Source of the DNA: Candidatus Hadarchaeota archaeon
GTDB taxonomy: Archaea; Hadarchaeota; Hadarchaeia; Hadarchaeales; JAGGTB01
Reading direction: 5' to 3'
NCBI GenBank assembly: GCA_964384105.1
Contig: CAYLJV010000001.1
Location: forward strand, 448,001-512,000
Length of the DNA stretch: 64,000 nucleotides
The notes beneath the pieces were generated by a model that saw only the letters and a list, made by a program, of their open reading frames with translations, was not told the DNA's origin and searched no databases. Below are positions 50,456-59,760 of the stretch, one piece after another (position 1 is the first letter of the stretch; each line of letters starts with the position of its first letter). The translations under genes were made by a program, and so were the position numbers.

Positions 50456-50599
50456 CTAAAAGCCAGTGTAATATTTCTTAACTTCTTTTGCTACTGCCTC
50501 ACAAGGCATCAAGTTCTTTCCACAAATAGAACATTTACCATCTGATGTAATTTTTGGTTGTTCTTTTACTTCTTTTCCACAAATTCCGCACTTAACCAT
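50456..50599 (-). CDS. 47-aa zinc-ribbon microprotein (below the ORF track cutoff)
   Basis: MVKCGICGKEVKEQPKITSDGKCSICGKNLMPCEAVAKEVKKYYTGF; two CxxCG knuckles; GGGGGTGA SD 6 nt before the ATG. Confidence 0.8.
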   Translation of the reverse strand: MVKCGICGKEVKEQPKITSDGKCSICGKNLMPCEAVAKEVKKYYTGF

Positions 50600-50742
50600 A
50601 ATTAATCACCCCCCTCGGTCTTTATAAAGCGTTTTTCCCAAACCAGGCCTACTAATAACATCTTATCTTTAAGATAATTAAAGATTACGTATTATTTTAA
50701 ATGTTAGTTCCTATATATCATTATAAGGGGTAGTGAGGTAAT

Positions 50743-51498
50743 TTGAATTCTGATTTTTCCTTTTTAAGAAAATTTAATGCTTTTATGGGTTTTCTACACC
50801 TTTTTCAGGCTATTTTAATGTTAATCCTCAGTAATGATTTTTCTCTCACGATAACGAATACTTATCCGGGGGGACCGCCGGGAAGTGGGGAAATAATTAC
50901 GGAAAGTATTGGTAGTTTAAGAATAGGTCCATTAGTAGCAGTTTTTCTACTTATTTCTGCAGTTTGTCACTTTTTGCTCGCAACAATTCTCTACGATTGG
51001 TACGTCAGAAACTTAAAGAGAAACATCAATCATCTTCGTTGGATTGAATATTCCTTCAGCAGTTCGATTATGATTGTTATTATCGCTATGTTTGTTGGAT
51101 TTTTTGATATCAGCGTTCTCCTATTGATCTTCATCTTGAACGCTTCTATGATATTTTTTGGATGGTTGATGGAACTTTATAATCAGAGAACTGAGGAAAC
51201 TAAGTGGTCTCCGTTCATTTTTGGTTGCATTGCTGGTGCGGCTCCATGGGTTGCAATTGCCATTCGTCTTATAACGGCTGTTTGGAGTTCTCCAGTAGAC
51301 GTTCCAGGTTTTGTAATAGGAATTTTTGTCTCCATAGCCATTTTCTTTAATATATTCGCCTTGAATCAGTTACTTCAGTACAAGAAAGTAGGTCGTTGGA
51401 GGAATTACATATTCGGCGAAAAAATGTATATCGTTCTTAGCCTTGTAGCAAAATCAGCATTGGCTTGGCAGATTTTCTCTGGAACCCTGATAGATTAA
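50743..51498 (+). CDS. Heliorhodopsin
   Basis: LHLFQ, GGPPG loop, VCHF, RWIEYSFSSS counter-ion helix, GWLME, LSLVAKSALAWQ retinal-binding lysine. Confidence 0.95.
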   Translation: MNSDFSFLRKFNAFMGFLHLFQAILMLILSNDFSLTITNTYPGGPPGSGEIITESIGSLRIGPLVAVFLLISAVCHFLLATILYDWYVRNLKRNINHLRWIEYSFSSSIMIVIIAMFVGFFDISVLLLIFILNASMIFFGWLMELYNQRTEETKWSPFIFGCIAGAAPWVAIAIRLITAVWSSPVDVPGFVIGIFVSIAIFFNIFALNQLLQYKKVGRWRNYIFGEKMYIVLSLVAKSALAWQIFSGTLID

Positions 51499-51939
51499 GT
51501 CAATGTCTATTTCGGCGATTGATAAAAGACGAATTACTAACGTATCTTGATAAGAGTTATTCTTAGTGCAATAAATTTAGTATGGGGATTTCTATCCCAA
51601 GTACCAAATCCCGATAGTGAACTCTCAATCGAGATTGAAAAATTCAAAATTGACACAAGAATCTCAATCTTGATATTCTTTCATTCAGTATGGAGGAGAG
51701 CGGCTTAGTTCTTCTAGAAGAATTAAAAATACCCCGAATCAAACCAAAGTCAGATTCTTCACTTTTAAGAAGTATAATTGACGAAATAGTAAGAGCAAGA
51801 GGTTGTGGTACCTGTATGAAAAAGGAAGAATCTCTACTTTATAAAAGGCTTTTTAGAAAAGAATAAATACGATCTCCATCAAGTTTGTTTGAATGATTTC
51901 ACACTTGATACTATTTTTCATAAACAAAGGATTTGAAGG

Positions 51940-53457
51940 TTGAAAATTTTGGCTAAGTCGCTTATGGGTAAAAAACCGAAAGTAGCCTTCTTTGATTTTG
52001 CAGGTTGTGAAGGAGATCAGTTACAGATAGCAAATCTTGAAGAAAAAATACTGAATCTGTTGGATCTTGTGGAAATAGTAAGTTTCAGAGAGGTTATGAC
52101 TGAACACTCAAACGACTATGATATCGCATTTGTTGAAGGTTCCATAACGAGACCAATGGATGAAGAGCGATTAAAAACTATAAGAGCAGAGGCTAAGAAG
52201 CTTATTGCTTTGGGAGATTGTGCCTGTAATGGTGGTGTAAACAAGTTACGGAATGATTGGTCGGTAGAGGATGTGGAAGAGGAGGTTTATCAGGGATCGG
52301 AGGATGTGATAAAAGACAACGAATTCTTCAACGCATATCCAACTAAGGCAGTTGATGAGATTGTGGATGTGGACTATTACATACGGGGATGTCCGGTTGA
52401 AGGAGAACAGGTGTTTTATTTCATAAAAAGACTGGTCTCTATGCCTTTAGAATCTAACAAAGATGTTTATTTTGACATTACGTTAAAAAATATAGATGTA
52501 GACGAACGTTCTCTGGTCAGTTACAATCCCAACAAGTGCATTCTATGCCGACGATGTGCCAATATTTGCCAAGACGTTTTGGGTGTTGATGCATTAGGCC
52601 CGGTCGATAGAGGGTGGACTACCATTATTTCGACCCCTGAAAACATAGGCTTTGATGCTAATGGTTGCATACAGTGTGGTCAGTGTATTTCTGTTTGTCC
52701 AGTCAATGCGCTTTACACAAAGTCACCTGTAGAGGGTTTGATTGAAGAGCTGAAAAATAGTGAACTTTCTATTGCTGTGGATTCCGTTGCGCTAGCATCT
52801 TTTGTTCAGAATCACCGGCTACTCAGTGATCTAGATCCAAGTCTCGCAGAGAAATATGTTGTAGCAGGTCTTAGGAAAATAGGATTTCGTAGAGTACTTC
52901 AGTATGATAATTATCTCCATAAGTCTCGAGAGGAGGATGAGAAGGCCGATAGTGCGATTCTTGCTAGCTGGTGTCTCCCTGCTCGAAATTATTTTGATGT
53001 TAGTAGTACCAGTGTTCTACGTTCGTATGAGGAAAACTCTCCTTGGAATTTGCTTATAGGTGAGGAGGGCGAAGGAGTCTGCTTGTTGAGTCCGTGTATA
53101 GGTCTCAAGGAGATTGAGCGATTAGGACCTGTGATTACTTCTCCGGAATTGGAAGAACTTTTCAATAAGATGGAATTAGATTTGGGGTTTTTGGATCCAG
53201 AGAATGGCGAGTATGACGGAGAGGTTGTTGACGAAGGTTTCGAACATCCAGGTGTTCCATCTAAAAAGGATACATTCAATATCACTGATGATTTGAAAAA
53301 TGAATTAGCTGAATCAGATCTTTCTGAGGGCCCAATTGGTGTTTTTCCATGTCTTAAGGGATGTGTGAGTGGTGGCGGTAATTATCCCACCGTCGATGAA
53401 TCCGATATACAGGAAAGAGTTGATTGGATTAATAATTTGAGGGGGGTTAATTTATGA
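51940..53457 (+). CDS. Fusion of a [NiFe]-hydrogenase small-subunit N-domain, a 2x[4Fe-4S] domain and a reduced [FeFe] H-cluster-like domain (likely start ATG 51964)
   Basis: GCEGD, VEGSI, GDCACNGG, RGCP; CILCRRCANIC, CIQCGQCISVCP; ASWCLPA, SPCIGLK, VITSPEL, PCLKGCVSGGGNYP. Confidence 0.85.
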   Translation: MKILAKSLMGKKPKVAFFDFAGCEGDQLQIANLEEKILNLLDLVEIVSFREVMTEHSNDYDIAFVEGSITRPMDEERLKTIRAEAKKLIALGDCACNGGVNKLRNDWSVEDVEEEVYQGSEDVIKDNEFFNAYPTKAVDEIVDVDYYIRGCPVEGEQVFYFIKRLVSMPLESNKDVYFDITLKNIDVDERSLVSYNPNKCILCRRCANICQDVLGVDALGPVDRGWTTIISTPENIGFDANGCIQCGQCISVCPVNALYTKSPVEGLIEELKNSELSIAVDSVALASFVQNHRLLSDLDPSLAEKYVVAGLRKIGFRRVLQYDNYLHKSREEDEKADSAILASWCLPARNYFDVSSTSVLRSYEENSPWNLLIGEEGEGVCLLSPCIGLKEIERLGPVITSPELEELFNKMELDLGFLDPENGEYDGEVVDEGFEHPGVPSKKDTFNITDDLKNELAESDLSEGPIGVFPCLKGCVSGGGNYPTVDESDIQERVDWINNLRGVNL

Positions 53458-53939
53458 TGGAGAGCAAGGTTGAAGAGTTGTCTTGGGAAGAGAAAAGGAA
53501 ACTAGAGAAGATAATAGACTCTGTTGATAATCCTGAATATCAGAAAATAGAGCTTCTTCAAAAGACTCAAGAGGAGTATGGATGGTTGAAAGGTGAACAC
53601 ATGAAGTATATCGCTGAATGTATTGATACCAGTTATACAGATCTTTTTGGTATTGCGACCTTCTATTCTCAATTTACTCTTCATCCGCCAGGTCGTCACA
53701 AGATATCTGTCTGCATGGGGACCAGTTGTCATGTGAAAGGGGGCGAAGAGCTGATGGAAGAGTTACAGGAAATATTGAATATAGGAGTTGGCGAAACAAC
53801 GGACGACAAACGATTCTCTCTTAATCAGGTTAGATGTTTAGGTTGTTGTGGTCTTGCTCCGGTGATTGATATAGATGGTAAGATATTCAGTAGGGTTAGA
53901 CCCGCTCAAATAGAAGATATTCTGGAAGAATTTGAATAG
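53454..53939 (+). CDS. HydC/NuoE-like [2Fe-2S] subunit
   Basis: ATFYSQF, VCMGTSCHVKG, RCLGCCGLAP. Confidence 0.93.
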   Translation: MMESKVEELSWEEKRKLEKIIDSVDNPEYQKIELLQKTQEEYGWLKGEHMKYIAECIDTSYTDLFGIATFYSQFTLHPPGRHKISVCMGTSCHVKGGEELMEELQEILNIGVGETTDDKRFSLNQVRCLGCCGLAPVIDIDGKIFSRVRPAQIEDILEEFE

Positions 53940-53947
53940 GTGATAAG

Positions 53948-56900
53948 ATGGTTATAGAAAAAATAGAAGATTTGGAAGAGATGGCCAAGATAGGCAAAAG
54001 AGAATTGGAATCCTATAATCCTAAGATAATATTTGGACATTCTACGTGCGGTATAGCTGCTGGTGCAGACGAGTTGATTGATTTTACAAAAGAATATTTA
54101 CGCAAAAATAATATCAAAGAAAAAATTGGGGAAAGAGGTCAGCCAGATATCGTTTCAGTAGGCTGTATAGGGATGTGTCATGCTGAACCACTTGTTGATA
54201 TTAAGATGCCAAAAAAGCCCAGAGTCACTTACTATAATGTTGATAAAAATAAATTGGAGCGCATATTAAACGAGCACTTGATCAATGACCGTCCAGTTGA
54301 AGAGTATGTACTGGGTCAACTCTCAAAAGAATTATCCGTTTGTGAACACGGGAGAGTTGATTACTCGTGGCAGTACGAACGCATACCCTCTTTAGATGAA
54401 CTTCCATTTTTATCCAAGCAAGTCAGAGTAGTTCTCAGAAATTGTGGTATTATAAATCCCGAATCTATTGGACAGTATGTTGCCAGAGGTGGTTACAGGT
54501 CCGCTTTAAAGGTTCTCAGTAAATACCATCCGCAGGGGGTCATAGAGGAGGTAAAAGAAGCAAATCTAAGAGGGCGGGGTGGAGCTGGTTTCCCGACTGG
54601 TTTAAAGTGGGAATTTGTGAGAAAGGCCGATGGAGAGCCAAAGTATTTAATTTGTAATGCCGATGAGGGGGATCCAGGCGCGTATATGGATCGTTCAGTT
54701 TTGGAGGGTGATCCACACAGCGTTATAGAGGGTATGATAATTGGTGCATACGCTATGGGTGCCTCTGTTGGTTATATTTACGTGAGAGCTGAATATCCGC
54801 TAGCCATTAAAAGATTGAAAAATGCTATAGAACAGGCGAAAGAGTACAACCTTCTCGGCGAGAATATTATGGGTAGCGATTTTTCTTTTGAGCTGAAAAT
54901 AATGAAGGGTGCTGGTGCTTTTGTTTGCGGTGAAGAGACTGCGCTTATCGCTTCTATAGAGGGTAAGAGAGGGGAACCACGTACTAAACCACCTTTCCCT
55001 GCGAATTCCGGTTTGTTTGGTAAGCCAACTAATGTGAACAATGTTGAGACGTGGGCGAACGTTCCTATGATTTTCGAGAAAGGTGCTGATTGGTTTAAAA
55101 GTATTGGTACAGAGAAGAGCAAGGGTACAAAGGTCTTTTCTCTTGTGGGAAACGTAGAACGTTCTGGGTTAGTTGAGATACCGATGGGAACCAAATTGAA
55201 AGAGATAATATACGAAATTGGAGGGAACATGGAAAATAACAGGAGGTTTAAAGCCGTGCAAACTGGTGGGCCTTCAGGCGGATGTATACCTGTAGATCAT
55301 CTCGATGTTGAAGTTGATTATGAGAACTTGAAAAAACTCGGATCTATTGTCGGTTCCGGCGGAATGGTTGCTATGGATGAAGACACATGTATGGTCGATG
55401 TTGCCAGATACTTTTTGGATTTTTGTGTAGGAGAATCCTGTGGACAGTGTGTTCCCTGTAGAATAGGAACCAGACGAATGCTCGAGATTCTGGACCGTAT
55501 AACTAGAGGTGAAGGAGATATAAAGGACATTGATATTTTGGAACATCTCGCGGTTCAAGTTAGAGATGGTTCACTTTGTGCCCTTGGTGGGACTGCTCCC
55601 AACCCAGTCCTAACTACTCTCAAATATTTCAGAAATGAGTATGAACAACATATTGAGGGAAAAGAGTGCCCTGCATCTTCCTGTGCCACCTTATTCCTTT
55701 CTCCCTGTCAAGACACGTGCCCAGCTGGTACGAATGTGCCTGGTCAAATGCAACTAGTTGTAGAAGGACGAATTGGAGAAGCTTATGAGCTACAGCGGGA
55801 GGATAATCCATTCCCTGGAGTTTCTGGTAGAGTATGTGATCACCCTTGTGAGGACCGGTGTCAACGGAGTCAACTTGATCGAGCGGTTTCGGTTATGGCT
55901 CAACATAGATTCGTCGCAGACCAGGTTTATTCTGGGGAGGTAGAGGATAGACCAGAGACCACAAGACTCGATCCAACAGGCAGAAGTATTGGAATTATTG
56001 GAGGGGGACCGGCAGGTCTTACAGCTGCTTATTTCCTGAAGAGACTGGGCCATGATGTTACAATATATGAAGGCCGTCCTGAACTTGGTGGCATGCTTAG
56101 GTGGGGGATCCCTGAGTACAGACTTCCTAGAGATATATTGGACTGGGAGATTCAGCAGATAATAGATCTTGGCGTTAATGTAAAACTTGACACTTCTGTT
56201 GGAAAAGACATATCATTTAATGAGGTACTGGATACGCATGATTCGATTTTCCTAGGTATTGGGGCTCATAAAGATATCTCGCTTGGATTAGAAAACAGCG
56301 ATGTGCTTGGGATACTGGAGGGGATGAAACTTTTAGAGAAGGTAAACAAGGGCGAGGAAGTAGAACTAGGTAACACAGTTCTGATAATTGGTGGGGGGAA
56401 CGTTTCAGTTGATATGGCAAGAACAGCACGGAGGTTAGGTTGTGAGAGAGTTATAGTCGCATATAGGCGGGAAGAGGTCGACATGCCGGCTTACCCTGAA
56501 GAAGTCGAGGAGGCTAAAAGGGAAGGTGTTGATTTCAAATTCCTCCTGTCTCCTGAAGAGATTATAGTTGAAGGTGGGAAGGCTGCAGGAATGGTATTTA
56601 CTAAGACTGAGATGGGTGAATATACCAAGGAAGGGCGTCGAAAACCGATGCCTTTAGAATATGAGAAAACCGTTTTGATGGCTGACACCATCATAACTGC
56701 TATCGGTCAGGAGATAGACAAAAGTTTTGCAGAAGATTTAGTTGATGAACTAACTGATGAGGAAAATAGACTTTTAGAGGTTGATTCCCTCACAATGAAG
56801 ACAAATCATCCAAAAATATTCGCGGGTGGGGATGCAGTTTTAGGTCCCTCAACAGTAATTGAAGCAGTCTCTCATGGTAAAAAAGCTGCTAAGGAAATAG

Positions 56901-57136
56901 ATGCTGAACTAATGGGTGAAGATAGGATGGAAGAACTGAGGAGTATTAATGACTATGATTATTCCATGGAAGAACGTGATAATGAGCAGTATATCCCCAG
57001 AGCGGAATTACAATCGCTCTCTGTTGAGGAGAGAAAAGATAATTTCAAAGAGGTTATTAAGTGTATGGATAGAGAAACTGCTGTGGGGGAGGCAGAACGC
57101 TGCCTAAGGTGTGATATAGGGAAGGGAGGAAAATAA
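53948..57136 (+). CDS. HydB/NuoF-like FMN/NAD(H) subunit fused to a GltD/NfnB-like FAD oxidoreductase
   Basis: GRGGAGFPTGLKW, NADEGDPG, CGEETAL, CGQCVPC; then PCQDTCP, GRVCDHPCEDRC, GGGPAG, GGGNV, YRR, FAGGD, RCLRC. Confidence 0.92.
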   Translation: MVIEKIEDLEEMAKIGKRELESYNPKIIFGHSTCGIAAGADELIDFTKEYLRKNNIKEKIGERGQPDIVSVGCIGMCHAEPLVDIKMPKKPRVTYYNVDKNKLERILNEHLINDRPVEEYVLGQLSKELSVCEHGRVDYSWQYERIPSLDELPFLSKQVRVVLRNCGIINPESIGQYVARGGYRSALKVLSKYHPQGVIEEVKEANLRGRGGAGFPTGLKWEFVRKADGEPKYLICNADEGDPGAYMDRSVLEGDPHSVIEGMIIGAYAMGASVGYIYVRAEYPLAIKRLKNAIEQAKEYNLLGENIMGSDFSFELKIMKGAGAFVCGEETALIASIEGKRGEPRTKPPFPANSGLFGKPTNVNNVETWANVPMIFEKGADWFKSIGTEKSKGTKVFSLVGNVERSGLVEIPMGTKLKEIIYEIGGNMENNRRFKAVQTGGPSGGCIPVDHLDVEVDYENLKKLGSIVGSGGMVAMDEDTCMVDVARYFLDFCVGESCGQCVPCRIGTRRMLEILDRITRGEGDIKDIDILEHLAVQVRDGSLCALGGTAPNPVLTTLKYFRNEYEQHIEGKECPASSCATLFLSPCQDTCPAGTNVPGQMQLVVEGRIGEAYELQREDNPFPGVSGRVCDHPCEDRCQRSQLDRAVSVMAQHRFVADQVYSGEVEDRPETTRLDPTGRSIGIIGGGPAGLTAAYFLKRLGHDVTIYEGRPELGGMLRWGIPEYRLPRDILDWEIQQIIDLGVNVKLDTSVGKDISFNEVLDTHDSIFLGIGAHKDISLGLENSDVLGILEGMKLLEKVNKGEEVELGNTVLIIGGGNVSVDMARTARRLGCERVIVAYRREEVDMPAYPEEVEEAKREGVDFKFLLSPEEIIVEGGKAAGMVFTKTEMGEYTKEGRRKPMPLEYEKTVLMADTIITAIGQEIDKSFAEDLVDELTDEENRLLEVDSLTMKTNHPKIFAGGDAVLGPSTVIEAVSHGKKAAKEIDAELMGEDRMEELRSINDYDYSMEERDNEQYIPRAELQSLSVEERKDNFKEVIKCMDRETAVGEAERCLRCDIGKGGK

Positions 57137-57804
57137 TGGAAATAATCATAGATGGTGAACAGTATGAATGCCAGCCGGGTCAGAAAGTTTATGATGTGGC
57201 TGAAGAGAATGGTATTCATATTCCCACTCTCTGCTATAATCATTTGATTCCTGAGATAAGACCAGGTGCATGTAGAATTTGTGTTGTAGAGGTTGTTAAT
57301 AATGGTAAAGAAACGCAACTTGAGTCTAGTTGCACTTTGCCAGTCTCTGAAGGTCTAGAAGTTTCAACAAATAGTCAGGCTGTATACGATGAGAGGAGAC
57401 AGGACCTTGAACTGATGCTTTCTGAACATGAACAGGATTGTCGAAATTGTGTCAAGAGTGGAAATTGTAACTTTGCCGAGCTATGCTTGGAATATGATAT
57501 AGATGGAGTATCTATATGTGCAGAGTGTCCTAAGCAAGAGAGTGGATGTTTTCTTTCCAGGGGGGTGCTTTGCCTCGGTCCGATAACCCATGCAGGTTGC
57601 GATGCTTTCTGTCTGAGGAAGGACGAACCATGCGAGGGGTGTTTCAGCTTGCTTAGCGATGAGAGTGTACTAAAATTCGGTATTGAAGCCTTAAAGGAGA
57701 CGGGATTTGATAAGGATGAAGTACTTGAGGCTGTGAAGATTTTTTCTTTTGATGGGTTAAAACGGTTAGAAATGTTAATGGAAAAAGAGGGATGGAATGA
57801 GTAA
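57136..57804 (+). CDS. Fusion of a HydA/NuoG N-terminal [2Fe-2S] + His-ligated [4Fe-4S] domain with a [NiFe] small-subunit C-terminal cluster domain
   Basis: IPTLC...GACRICVVE...SC, HEQDCRNCVKSGNC; then CAEC...GCFL...CLGPITHAGC...C...PCEGC. Confidence 0.87.
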   Translation: MEIIIDGEQYECQPGQKVYDVAEENGIHIPTLCYNHLIPEIRPGACRICVVEVVNNGKETQLESSCTLPVSEGLEVSTNSQAVYDERRQDLELMLSEHEQDCRNCVKSGNCNFAELCLEYDIDGVSICAECPKQESGCFLSRGVLCLGPITHAGCDAFCLRKDEPCEGCFSLLSDESVLKFGIEALKETGFDKDEVLEAVKIFSFDGLKRLEMLMEKEGWNE

Positions 57805-59104
57805 AATTGATATAAATGTGGAACTTTTGACTCGAGTTGAGGGACACGGTAACATAGTAGTTAATGCAGAGGAGGGCAAGATTAAGGAACTTTCGTGGAA
57901 AGTTGAAGAAGCCCCGCGATATTTTGAGGCTTTAGTTAAAGGTAAACCACATCACCAGTTAGCTCAGATTACTTCGAGAATTTGCGGAATTTGTTCCATG
58001 GCTCATCAATTAACTTCTTTGAAAGCTACAGAAAACGCGATGAATATCGAAGTATCTGAACGCGATGAACTTCTTAGAAGGCTTGCACTTCACGGTGAAT
58101 TTATTCAAAGCCATGTTCTCCACTGTGGTTATTTGGCTTTGCCGGATTTACTTGAAGTTGGATCAGTTATACCTTTAGCTTCTTCAAATCCAGATGAACT
58201 TAAAAATGTCATTAGGGTGCATAGAGTGGGTAATGAACTTTCTGACTTAGTCGGAGGTAGAAATACGCATCAACGAAGGCTTGTCCTAGGTGGACTTTCA
58301 AAACTGCCTTCACCACTAGAACTTAGGACATTAAAAAGTAAATTAGCTGATTCTTTAAAGGATTTAGAGAAATTGGTATCGTTCTTGAAGGGAGTGGTGT
58401 CCCAGTTACCTGATTTTAGACGCGAGACTGAATTTATATCTTTGAATCATGAAAAAAGATATCCACTCTACGATGGTAACATAGTTTCATCTGATACAGG
58501 TACTGCTCCGGTTGAGAAGTATTTGTCGATAACTAATGAGTATGTGGTTCCACAATCAACAGCTAAATACACTAAGCACAATCGGGAATCTTATATGACT
58601 GGAGCTCTAGCGAGATTTAATAATAATTATGATCATCTTGGGTCAGAGGCTAAGGAAGTTGCAGAAGAGTTTGGATTGGAACCAATATGTCATAGACCTT
58701 TCATGAACAATATTGCTCAGGTAGTAGAAACTGTACACTGTACTGTAGACGCAATAAAAATTATCGATGAATTGTTAGACAAAGGACTGGACTCTCAGGG
58801 TGAATATTGTCAACCTCACGTAGACGTAAAATCAGGAAGAGGAGTTGGAGCAGTTGAAGCTCCACGAGGTATTCTCTTCCACGACTATACTTACAATAAG
58901 AAGGGAGTGTGTACTAAAGCGAATTGTATTATTCCTACTAATCAGAATCATGGAAACATTCAGAGAGATTTAGAAAAAATGGTGCCAGAAATGATGGATG
59001 AGCCAGAGGAAAAAATAGAACATTCTTTAGAAATGTTGGTGAGAGCCTATGATCCATGTATTTCTTGTTCTACACATTATCTAGACGTAGATTTCGTTGA
59101 TTAA
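57797..59104 (+). CDS. [NiFe]-hydrogenase large subunit, group 3b-like
   Basis: TRVEGHG, L1 SRICGIC, EAPRG, L2 DPCISCSTH with a cleavable C-terminal tail. Confidence 0.95.
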   Translation: MSKIDINVELLTRVEGHGNIVVNAEEGKIKELSWKVEEAPRYFEALVKGKPHHQLAQITSRICGICSMAHQLTSLKATENAMNIEVSERDELLRRLALHGEFIQSHVLHCGYLALPDLLEVGSVIPLASSNPDELKNVIRVHRVGNELSDLVGGRNTHQRRLVLGGLSKLPSPLELRTLKSKLADSLKDLEKLVSFLKGVVSQLPDFRRETEFISLNHEKRYPLYDGNIVSSDTGTAPVEKYLSITNEYVVPQSTAKYTKHNRESYMTGALARFNNNYDHLGSEAKEVAEEFGLEPICHRPFMNNIAQVVETVHCTVDAIKIIDELLDKGLDSQGEYCQPHVDVKSGRGVGAVEAPRGILFHDYTYNKKGVCTKANCIIPTNQNHGNIQRDLEKMVPEMMDEPEEKIEHSLEMLVRAYDPCISCSTHYLDVDFVD

Positions 59105-59161
59105 CTGCTTTTTGTTCGATCAATTCATGAAGATCTTTGAGAATACAGATTTAACTTTACG

Positions 59162-59623
59162 ATGAAGGCAATTATAGGTTTGGGAAATCCAATTAGGGCT
59201 GATGATGGAATAGGCATACGCTTAATTAAAGAAATTAGGAAAAAGGATCTCCCTCCCGATGTGGAAGTTTTCGACTCTGGCAACCGGGTAATGAGATTAT
59301 TACATCTTTTAAACGATTTAGAAATAGCCGTTATAGTAGATGCAGTCCATTTTGGTGGAAATCCAGGAGATTTTGTTTTCTTTTCGCCGGAAGAAGTAAA
59401 GTCTCTGAACACATCTAAAAATACCCATGATACCAATATTCTGGAGGTTCTTGAACTATCCAAAACTCTGAATAAAGAATCAAAAGAGATAATAATAATG
59501 GGGATTGAACCGAAAGATACGTCTTTTGAGGAAGGTATTTCGCAAGAACTTAAAGATCGCCTGCCTGAGATGATAGATGAATTATTAAAGAAAATAATGG
59601 TTATGGGATCGGATGGAAAATGA
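59162..59623 (+). CDS. Hydrogenase maturation protease
   Basis: GLGNPIRADDGIG, IVDAV, NTHD, GIEP. Confidence 0.94.
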   Translation: MKAIIGLGNPIRADDGIGIRLIKEIRKKDLPPDVEVFDSGNRVMRLLHLLNDLEIAVIVDAVHFGGNPGDFVFFSPEEVKSLNTSKNTHDTNILEVLELSKTLNKESKEIIIMGIEPKDTSFEEGISQELKDRLPEMIDELLKKIMVMGSDGK

Positions 59624-59760
59624 TATTTCTTTTAAAATCGAATCTTAGTTTTTGAGTTTTTAGTTTGAATCTAGATTCGGGGTTTATTTTTTACTGACTA
59701 TAATCTTTAAGATAGTTCGTAGATTTATACTATAAACCTTTGATTGACTAAATTTGTCTG

